NCBI RefSeq assembly: GCF_006345805.1
Contig: NC_043003.1
Location: 51,646,001 to 51,710,000 of the forward strand
Reading direction: 5' to 3'
Origin: Octopus sinensis
Lineage: Eukaryota
Length of the DNA: 64,000 nucleotides
This document shows, in pieces, positions 54,111 to 64,000 of this stretch. The translations under genes and the position numbers were made by a program. Positions within the stretch are counted from its first letter, which is position 1. The number at the start of each line of letters is the position of its first letter. Under the pieces are notes generated by a model, which was not told where the DNA came from, ran no database searches, and worked only from the letters and a program-made list of their open reading frames with translations.

Positions 54111-56056
54111 CTCATATGGTGTTGAGCGGAATCTCTCAAACAGTCCATACTTTGAAAACGGAGGTGGTAAGTTTCCATATAAAAATACGTTTCCTCAAAT
54201 AGTTCTTCAGCATCCAAGGCTATCCGTTCAACTGGAGAAGTAAAGTCAGTTGGCAAGACAGTATCCTGTTTAAGATCTAGAACCATTTTATATCGACTAG
54301 GAATTTCAATACACACTTGATTTGAAAATGTCGATTCTGTTTGGCTATCTTTTGTGTTAGACACAACCACAACTGTGTCTCGAACAAAATTTTCCAAAGT
54401 TAGCACTGTGTCTGCACTTACTGTTGGGTAGAAATCCCCGGCTTCTACATCCAATGGTAATTTTGGCCGACGGTAGAATAATTCAGACACGAACCATCTT
54501 TCTCTGTCTTCGTTTGCAATCATTTCAATTAAATCAATTTCTAAATCCACAGGTATCTTCAGTTTCTCATATTTTCCACGAGAATTTAGTTTCTCACATC
54601 TTAGCACTTTACATTCCATTTTATAATCGCCACCTCCGAATTTATAGACAACGGTCTGGAAGTTTGGAATTCGGATTATATCTCCTTTATTCAAACTAAT
54701 TGGTTTCGGAAAGTCAGTGGCCACATCTTCCAATACCTGCAGCTCACAGCCAGCCTTGCAAATACTTAATTCAGAGACATTCCGAAATCTCCGTGGTAAT
54801 GCAGAGAAACTTTTATAAAGATTAGGTCCAATTATGAAAAATCTGTCTTCCGTGCGCGCAAGAATTTTATCGATATGTTCCACTCTTCGAACAACTATTT
54901 GTGACTTTGGTTTAAGATAAGTGGCGAATTCAGAAGGAAGGTCGGGGTAAGATACAATTTGGGCTAAGACTGGGAAGAAAATTAGTGGTCGAGTATGTTC
55001 CGATGCCACTTCCCATAATGTACGACGGGCTTTGTAATTTTTGGGATGTTCATAATCTGGAATGGATATACATTTAACAAGCATGTCAGAACTAAGAGGA
55101 ATGAGCCACCTTACGTCTGATTCGCCATTCCGTGTGGGATCAGCATCAACAGTATCAGTAGGGTCACTAGTATGATAAACCTGGACAAAAATCTCAGGAA
55201 TGTCCATATAAATAATATTCCTTCCAGATAATTTCGCAGAACGAAAACTATTCCGTTGATTAGCGAAATATGATTCAGACATGTCGATCGAATCGTCGTT
55301 GAAAAATGGGTCGTCTGTGAATACTTTCGAGGGGGAATCAATTCCCACACGTACGATGCTGTCTTGGTAATTACTGTGATCAACCAATTCATCAGCTTGC
55401 CAAAGATATCTGGGCATGCGATTCGCTTCCAGAAGTTGTTCCACAGTGTAAGTGGTATTCGAATCAACAACGTAAGAAAAATCACCCTTACATGACCATG
55501 GCAGTTCCATAATTCGACCGTCTTGGTGTTGGCATTGTAAATATTTCCCGAAATATCCATCGCGAACGATTTTCAGAAACTTGAATGTATCTCCAGCCTC
55601 AAAATTGTTTTTCTGTATTTCTCCAATGAAACTCTGTTGCGAGAAGCACGACGAACAGTTCGCTTTAAATAATGGCGGTGATACCTTTATTAAATCATTT
55701 ATCGTCTCGTAGATCGCGTCCGGCTCTTGTTCGTCATGTGGAGGTGAAAGAACAACGTACCGTGCTGGATAGTCTATAGGTACTTCAATAGTATCGTGGT
55801 CCGTGACCGGAGTCTTGGCCGACGGATCACAGTGCGTGTCCCACTCGCATTCATCGTCTGCCTTACAAGGTGTCAACAACACTCTGGGGATAACAGTTTT
55901 ATACAAACGCAGCCACTGACCTTCTTCGACAGCAGGAGTCGTCTGGCAGTTACCTGGTGACACAACAAATACAGTTTGTGGAAGATCAAAATTGTCCAGG
56001 AAACTTTTCAGTGTAAACAGCTCGTTGTCTTGTAACGACTCATCCGAGTCCGCCAT
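54111..56056 (-). CDS. THEMIS-like: Coding exon 1 (648 codons + 2 nt) of a THEMIS-like protein with two tandem CABIT modules
   Basis: Uninterrupted 650-aa ORF starting aaaaATGG. Module 1 has LPQTVFV, IEVPIDYPARY, YETINDLI, F.AGD.F and LQCQHQDGRIMELPWSCKGDF, matching the CABIT core phi-X-C-X7-phi-X-LP-phi-X3-GXF. Module 2 lines up, from memory, with vertebrate THEMIS CABIT2: PKSQIVVRRVEHIDKILA, FFIIGPNLYKSFSALPRRF, VLRCEKL, LPLDV, CIEIP, AEELFEETYFYM. A phase-2 donor AG|GTATTG lies at 54111/54110. Confidence 0.88.
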
Positions 56057-56340
56057 TTTTCTTGTTTCAACTTATCTAGTCAAGTTTTTTTTTCGTTCTC
56101 TTTTTTTTTAGGTGTTTCTTTTTTTCACCTGCCGTACCTGACGTTAGAGCTGACTGACAGAACAACTCGCGCTATGGATGGCCACTACGGCAATAATCAA
56201 CAAGTGTTAGCCTTATTTTCACAGGTGTATTGTTTGTCAGCCGGCAAACCTACTCGTCGGCCTATTTCTCTACCCTGTGTAACTATTTATCTATTTGACG
56301 AACCATTTGTCAGGTTGACTTGCAATAAATAGCAGTGGCC
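56057..56340 (-). promoter_or_regulatory. Probable 5'UTR / proximal promoter of the THEMIS-like gene
   Basis: There is no polypyrimidine acceptor just upstream of the ATG on the minus strand (the stretch is A-rich). The unique sequence contains CpGs, CAGGTG E-boxes and TGACG. The TSS cannot be located from sequence alone. Confidence 0.35.
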
Positions 56341-57377
56341 TAGAGAATTTTCACAACTAAACCCTATATAATAATCACATCCTTACATTACCTGTATGTA
56401 TAAGAAATATATATTTATATATCCCCGTCTATGACACACACACACGTACATGCATATTTACACATGTAATATACATACAGAAATAAGGTTAAGCATACAC
56501 ATGCCTATGTATAATAGTATTATATATGTATACACACGAATATATCCAGCCATACATATACACATACATACATACAGGCATACCTACGCACCTTTACACA
56601 CGTGCGCACGCATGTGTGTATATGTATATATATATAGTCCAGCTTTCTGCATATGAGTACAAATCCCTCCTTGAACATTTACGCTTTTCATCCTTTCAGA
56701 GTTCATGAATCAATCCAAAGTGATGGATTGAGGAAATGTATGCGCTTTGACATTTCATCAACCCACCCACCACCTTGGACTGATGCATGATTTATGAACT
56801 CTAAAAGGATGAAAGGCATAAATGTCCTAGGAGGGATTCGAACTCAAAGGCAGAAAGCATGGCTGTGTGGTAAGAAGCTTGCTTCTCAACTGCATAGCTC
56901 CAGGTTCAGTCCCACTGCATGGCACTTTGGGCAACTATCTTCCAATATAGCCTTAGGCTAACCAAAGCTTTGTGAGTGGATTTAGTAGATGGAAACTGAA
57001 AGAAGCCTGTTGTGTGTGTTGCTTTTACGTCCTGTTCTTGTCACTTTTTTTACCCCTCTGCAAAGGAATTTTATTAAATTCATTTTGCAGAAAGGACTGC
57101 TTTGGCCGGATCGTGTTCTGCCCTTACCTTCGAAACACGCATTGAGTCGAAACAGAGGCAGCTGATGAAGGGGAATATTCCTTGTATTGTTTGTATTGTA
57201 CTTTGTTTTTTCATTGTTAAAAAAAAGTCCGTTTCCTTGTTTGATTTTATGTTTTCGTTTCTCGTTGTGTTCTACATTTATTTGTGGTGTCCTGTACTCA
57301 TATATGCATGTATATATACATATAGATGTAGGTATGTACATATATGTATGTATGCATATGTTTTATTTATTAAATTG

Positions 57378-57417
<40 letters not shown>

Positions 57418-58795
57418 GTATATGTATTTGTGTCTGTGTTTCTCTTCCACCAATGCTTGACAACCGATGCTGGTGTGTTTACATCCCCATAACTTTACAG
57501 ATTGGCAAAAGAGACTGATAAAATAAGTACTAAGCTTTAAAAAAATAAGTCCTGGGGTCAATATGTTCAACCAAAAACCCTTCAAGGTGGTGCCCCAGCA
57601 ATTGAATGACTGAAACAAGTAAAAGATAAAAGTGTGTGTGTATTTGTGTGTATACATGTATATATGTGCTTTGGCAGCATTCTGAGTTCAAATCTTGCTT
57701 TCTCTCACTAAGGAAAAACTAGGATTTTCAGGGCTCAGCAAAGGTAGTCTTTAAGTAAATGTCCAGCAAATTTGCCGAAATCGAAGAAAATATCTTACAA
57801 ATATCTTACAAACTATAGAATTTTCTCAATAAAGCCAAGAGAAAAAGATGTTTTATAAATGCATTCTACCAGTATACGAAGTTTAACATTTTTTAGTTTT
57901 CCTAGAAATTATGTTAAAAACTGCCGTTCAAACCGAAAAGATCCAATGTCCATTTTATCCCTCACATATGCCAACATACCAGGGGGCAAGAGTGAAAGCA
58001 AGAAGACTTCAATTCCTGTGCAATCTCAATCCTAATGAATTCTCCCTTACTAGTTGGTATGCTGACATTCAAGAATGATTCACTGAAATACTCTGGTACT
58101 CACTCAAGAACATACCAAACACATTACCGTTATTTTTGTATTTTTTAAAAATATTTATATTTTCTTGCGATAGGAGTCAGGGTTTTGAAATTGGAGTGAT
58201 CTGAGCCAAAACATATTCCATTAACTAGTAGTGTAGCTAGGGGTGGTGGTGCTGTTGGTGGCAGGGCAGTCTGTCTCAGGTGATGCTTTTATGGGGTGGC
58301 ACTTTTAGGTCTGCTGCATAGGCTCTGTTGCTCCCAGGGGTGGTGTGGGGGCAGCAAACATAAGGGCTACCCTGGGTGGTGCATACTCTAGCTATGCCAC
58401 TACTACCAACACTGCCTAAGAATGATATTTTATTTATTAAAAGTAAAATGATAAATGGCAAAGTTGATCTAGACAAGATTTGGACTCAGATTGCAAAGAT
58501 CTGGGACACTGCTAGGCATTATGTCCAAAACTCTGACAACTTTGCCAATTTTATGGCACAAAGCCATTTTCCCCAATACTTCTCCCCATTCAGTTGAAGG
58601 GTCTTGTCTTGCAAGTTACTTGGTGATCTCACTGGTACCACATAAAAACACCCAGCATACTCCAGTGTTAGGAAGGGCAGTAGAGCTAGGTGCAGCCTTC
58701 TGGTTTGCCAGCTTCTGTCAAATCATTAAATCTATGCCAGTATGGGAAGTGGACTTTACATGATAATGATATGTACACACATGTATGTATGCATG

Positions 58796-59365
58796 TATTG
58801 GCTTGTCTGGAAAGTTTGTGCCAATTCATAGTAGCTTACCTTTCGACTTATTTTAGAACATGGTTGAGTCCATAAAATTGGATTTGACTACACCTCCATT
58901 TAGAGCACAGTTTAAGCTATCTTTTCGTGGAAGAGAGTTTATGTTCCTATAACCTGTGATAATTCTGTAACCCTTTAAAATGGAAGATAAGAAAGTTCAT
59001 TTTCAGCACTTGATGCTTCAGGAACCAGACAAAAATTGCTGCAGCTCGGCTGGGATGTATTACCCCACCCTCCATATTCACCAGATATTGCTCCTTTGGA
59101 TTTCCACTTATTCAGATCTCTGCAAAATAGTCTTAATGGTAAAAATTTCATTTCCTTGGATAATGTAAAAAGATACCTTGATGAATTCTTTGCCATGAAA
59201 CCACCTCAATTCTGGGAAGAGGGTATTTTCAAGTTAAAGAAAAGATGGAGATGCATTGTGCAACAAAATGGTTCATATTTGGTTGATTAAAAATGTGATG
59301 GCAAGTATTTATCGACCTTTTTCTTTCCTTTAAAAATCGGCATGAATTTTCCGGACAACCCAATA
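58796..59365 (+). mobile_element. Mariner internal-deletion derivative (about 570 bp) with both TIRs
   Basis: TIRs tattggcttgtctggaaagtt and aattttccggacaacccaata. The N-terminus MEDKKVHFQHLML is fused to LQLGWDVLPHPPYSPDIAPLDFHLFRSLQN... Confidence 0.88.
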
Positions 59366-60769
59366 TGTATGTATTTATGTATGTATGTGTTTATGGATAT
59401 AAAATAATAGCTATTGATAATTAATTGTAACTCAAAGTTCAGTTTATGGCAAACAACCATTAGATTGCATGTTTTCAAAAAATTCCAGGATACATATGGT
59501 TTAATATTATTCAATTTTCAATATTTTATTTTAGTTTAAATTAAAAATTATAAGGAGCATAAATCATCATAATTGTTGCTGTCGTTGTCATTGTTATCAT
59601 CATCGTTGTCATCTTCATCATTTAATGTCAGTTTTCCATGCTGGCTTGGGTTGGATGGTTTGATAGGAGCTGACTAAACCCACCTTTATTGTGTGTCCTG
59701 GCATGGTTTTTACAGCAGGATGCCCTTCCTAACACCAACCACCTAACAGAGTGGTCTATATATATATACATATACATGTATTGAGAATTACAGAAGATAA
59801 AGGGCTAAAAAAATATATAGAAAGTGAATGATTTAAAAATAATATGGCTAAGGAAGAAAGAAATTACGAAACTGTATGGAAATGAGCACATAAAATTAGA
59901 AAGTTGAAAATTATAAGGTATCATTGAACACATTTTATTAAAATATACTGGAATCATGTGGGGTTTTTTAAAACTGAGGAGGGAAACAGAGACTATGAAT
60001 TCTCCTAGAAGATAGTTAAATATTGATCCATTCATTTAAGTAATGATATAATTTTCCATTTTTTCAGGAAGTACTTGTCCAAGTGGCAACATTTGGTGAA
60101 GAATTCTAATCTGATATTTTGATTGATTGCTGGTATATTAAGGCTTTTTTTAGCTATGCATAGCCCTTCCTAACAACAACTACTGTACAGAGTGTACTGT
60201 GTGTCTTTTTTCTTTGTATCAGTAACACTGGTGAGTAGTTTGTAGGACAAAACCTCTTGAGTGAGGTAGAAGTGGGGATAAAAGTGTAGTAAGTAGCCTA
60301 TGCCAGGTATTGAGGGGCATGAATATGATAGAGAAATAGAACAGAAGCCTTGCTGTGAAGGAGGGAGGCTAGATAGCAAAGAAGAAGATGAGATAAGTAG
60401 ATGTCACTCCTCATAATGGTGTTCCAGTTGCCAAGAAGACAATAACTTTAGTCAAGCCTGAATAAGTGACAATGTTTTCAAATTTAAGACAAAATGCACT
60501 AATGTGGTTTCCAGCTGCTTTCTGCAGGTTTGAACTTGGTTCACATGTTAATGAAACACCCTTGTAGGATGTAAAGTGTGGAGACATGTGGCTTAATGGA
60601 TTCCTGGACCAGGAATCGAAACCACTTCATTTCACATTGCTCCACTCTACTTGCACGGCAATTCATGCAGACAACATTGAAAACTTTTTCAAGTGGAGAA
60701 ATTAAAAACTCAACAGAGGAGTAACAAACATTTTTGTTGTACATATTTTACGAAAAATCTGTAAAATTA

Positions 60770-63317
60770 TGGAAAACTTGTTAGCAGATCTAGTGGAGTT
60801 GCAAAAACAGCAACAACAGATGTGACAGCAACAAATGCTACAAGTAATGAAGTTGGTAACAAAACCTGAAAAATCATCAGACCATGTAGCAAATTCAATA
60901 AATGAATTAAATATGACCCAAAAGAAGGAATCACTTTCGAGGCATATTACTGAAGATTTGAACAAATTTCTGAAAAAGAATGCCAAGACTGGACAGATGA
61001 AATAAGAATGCATCTAATTCTGAGGAAACTGGCAACAACAGAGCAAGAGAAATACTGTAACTTTATATTGCCTAAAAAAGTTTCTGACAAAAAATTTCAT
61101 GGACACAATTAACATTTCATGTAAAATGTTCAGTGGGAAAACATTGTTATTCAACATGTTGGAAGTGTTTGAATATGGAGAAAAGTGATGATGAAAACTT
61201 TACCACATATACAGGTAGAGTGAACAGAGATTTAAACTGGATAAAACTTTACATGATAATGATATGATTGAACCATTATGTAAACCTCCTCAAGGAATGA
61301 GAAGACGCAGGCTGGAAAGCGGAACATTTTCCAATCGAAGTCGGATGTAGAGGGTTCGTTGGACACAGTGTGAGACGACTGTTGTTATTGCTAGGCCTAA
61401 CTCATTGTAAAGTCAATACCACCATGACTGATATCCAATCTACAGTGGAGAAGGCTAGCCACTGAATTTGGTTAAAAAGAGACGATGAGCGATGGCTAGA
61501 AGATGCCGTTGAGAGGTAGGCCCCGAAACGGTGCACATTCTCTCCTGATGACCCCATACACTTGCTGACTTCCAGTATACGGAGCTTTTGACTTGTAGCA
61601 CTTGCATTTGAAAGTTGTTTGCAAGACATCTGTAGACTCGTTCAAGTGCCTGATTTTTGCTCAGGGACTTACTGCTAGAAAGGATGCAGAAGAAAGAACA
61701 AAAATTCTTGCAAAGCTAGAAATGAACCAGGATATAACTCTCCAGAAATTGTCAGAAGAGTGCGGTATGATATTAAAAGTAAGACACGACACAGAAGAAA
61801 TCCAATGCAGGGATTGTTTACAGATAAAACCAGTGTGGAAGAATTGGAAGACGGATAAAGTGTGTCACAAAAAACATAATATACATCAGGAGATAAACCT
61901 ATGTATGGCATGTGGTGGCAGGCATCTGAGAAAAGAGTGCCTGTTCAAAAATGCAAAGTGTTTTTATTGTGGGAACACAGGACACATTCAAATAACACTG
62001 CAGAACTAAGATGATGAAAAATTGGACCAAACGGGAAAAAACAAAGTTTGTCATCAAATACAGAGGCAAATTGGTAAGCCAAAATTATTTAAATCAAATA
62101 AAGTAGCATATGGTGTTACAGGAAAGAAATTCTATTTCATTGGTGAATGTATTTGCAATGTAACTTTTCAAGGTGAAACGAAAAGGACAATCATTTATGT
62201 GTTGAAAAAATCATTAAACCTATTTGGTACAGAATGCTTGGAGTTATACAAAATGTGGGCTACCCCCATTAGTGTGTTCTGTGAAAATGTAGTTGGCTCA
62301 GTCAAAATTTTGAATGAGGTCAAGCAACTAAGACAAAAAATTAAAAAAATGTTTCCAAATGTGTTTTTGGAAGGATTAAGTTGTTGCACTAAAACAAAAG
62401 CAAGGATTGCAATAAAAGAAAAGGCAACACCCGTTTTTTGGCTCAAATGGAATGTGCCATTTGCAGCATTAGACCACATAAATAAAGAGCTGGAAAGACT
62501 AGAAAGTGTAAAAAAAACTGAAAATGTCAGCCATTCAGCACTGACAGTTTATGTAAAGGAAAAAATAATAAACTAAGAGTGTGTGCGAAGCCACATATTT
62601 ATGGTCAGAAATGTGCCAGAAGGAATCTGATGAGTTAAAATGCGTTTAACTTCAGACTTGTCACTTTACACACTTCGATCCAAAATTGGAGACAATACTG
62701 GCAACAGATGCTAGTAGGTGTCATACTTCTACACAAATGTAAAGATGGCAGTCAAAAGGCCATAGCTCATGCATTGTGGATGGTATTGACAGTGGAAAAC
62801 AGTACTGGGAAGGTGAAATTACAAAGTACATAGGAAAAATAATGTACAGGTTAAAAAGCAGGAAAGGTATTGAAAAAAGATAGAAACCAATTGAAGAAGT
62901 GATCCATAGAAAATGAACCAGACAGATTGGAAGAACCTGTGGAATGGCTGTATGAAACATTCCGGGTACCAACACCATTACAGGTTGTTGAACCCACATG
63001 TACAAGTGGAAGAAAAAGGAAAAACACAGAGTTCCTACAAATAAACATCAAAAAGAAAAAATATTGGAGGAGGGTGAATAAAGTAAAATTAAATTACTTA
63101 CTTCCTAAAGAAAAAAAAAACTAAAAGGGGAGATGTTGTAGTGAAAAATTGGTACACCCCTTCCCACATGACAAGTCAATTGTGTGACAGTCCAAGTCAG
63201 TCAGTAGTGGACATACAAGTAGTAACATACAAGTGGACAAGGAAACACATTATAACAAGATCACATAATTACCATTGACTAGAAATATCAATTTTATAGT
63301 GCTTTTGTAATTGTAAC
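60770..63317 (+). mobile_element. Decayed Ty3/gypsy LTR retrotransposon (gag, zinc knuckle, protease/RT start, putative 3' LTR)
   Basis: FKCLIFAQGLTARKDAE, CMACGGRHLRKEC, CFYCGNTGHIQ, NLFGTECLELY, FPNVFLEGL..CTKTKA. A polypurine tract aaaaggggaga is followed by tgttg...taaca (about 63132-63317). No matching 5' LTR found. Confidence 0.8.
61255..61629 (+). mobile_element. 3' fragment of a HERO-like RLE non-LTR retrotransposon nested in the gypsy gag
   Basis: AGWKAEHFPIEVGCRGFVGHSVRRLLLLLGL...VEKASH.IWLKRDDERW. Removing the segment restores gag ..LDK(L)TSVDSFKCLIF. ACAT lies at 61251-61254 and 61626-61629. Confidence 0.7.
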
Positions 63318-63342
63318 ATACATACATACATACATACATACA

Positions 63343-63390
<48 letters not shown>

Positions 63391-63575
63391 CTTTATTTAA
63401 AAGCAGCAGAAATTCAACAAAACATGTTACTCGGAGTTTCACGTTCCCGTTCGTCGGACAGTTTTGTTAACAGGTTTTGTTGAATTTCTGCTGCTTTTAA
63501 ATAAAGCATATTACTCTACCCCTGGTATTTGAGTACTCTTTTTTCCACCTTCTTTCACATTTATGTGTTTACTCC

Positions 63576-63614
<39 letters not shown>

Positions 63615-63791
63615 TCATCATCATCATTTAGCGTCCGTTTTCCATGCTAGCATGGGTTGGACGGTTCTACTGGGGTCTGTGAAGCCAGAAGGCTTCATCA
63701 GGCCCAGTCAAATCTGGCAGTGTTTCTACGGCTGGATGCCCTTCCTAACGCCAACCACTCCGAGAGTGTAGTGGGTGCTTTTTACGTGCCA

Positions 63792-63846
<55 letters not shown>

Positions 63847-63849
63847 ATA

Positions 63850-63899
<50 letters not shown>

Positions 63900-63918
63900 A
63901 TATATGTATATATATATC

Positions 63919-63951
<33 letters not shown>

Positions 63952-64000
63952 ATATATATATGTATATATATATATATATATAATATATATAATATATATA

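Noticed and set aside
54110-54180. Alternative frame reading YGNLPPPFSKYGLFERFRSTPYE, suggestive of a THEMIS-like proline motif
   Set aside because: A stop precedes it closely, and the main frame (EELFEETYFYM) matches the CABIT2 end and gives the correct splice phase.
55111-55560. 149-aa minus-strand ORF, and 91-aa plus-strand ORF 54424-54699, overlapping the CABIT exon
   Set aside because: Shadow frames of a real coding exon, with no recognisable motifs.
58226-58402. MITE with tagtagtgtagctag / ctagctatgccacta ends
   Set aside because: The TIR match is short and imperfect and no TSD is recoverable, so it is not listed as a supported feature.
60060-60120. 5' LTR end and primer-binding site of the gypsy element (aacatttggtgaag)
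   Set aside because: The upstream sequence does not match the putative 3' LTR at 63132-63317.

Overview
AT-rich, repeat-saturated eukaryotic genomic DNA, with dozens of (TA)n/(CA)n/(GAT)n microsatellites and several recurring SINE families. I infer an octopus/cephalopod source from the repeat landscape; this is not proven. One host gene appears to span most of the window on the minus strand: a THEMIS-like adaptor with two tandem CABIT modules. Its 1.95-kb first coding exon (56056-54111) can be joined through canonical GT-AG sites with matching phases to three exons that the ORF track does not link: 48495-48314, 13487-13239 and 6311-6226. This gives an 820-aa protein made of CABIT1-CABIT2, a basic segment, a Thr-rich linker with YENI, and a terminal YEDV/PAIPKK tail. 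The introns and flanks hold decayed transposons: hAT with an 8-bp TSD, mariner copies, a Tc1 element that is probably DD37E, a GG-ended element with an 8-bp TSD, RTE, R4/Dong-like, Tx1/L1, Penelope-type pieces, and a Ty3/gypsy relic interrupted by a HERO-like fragment. Several near-perfect hairpins are also present. All protein and TE family calls come from motif recognition by eye; no database search was run.
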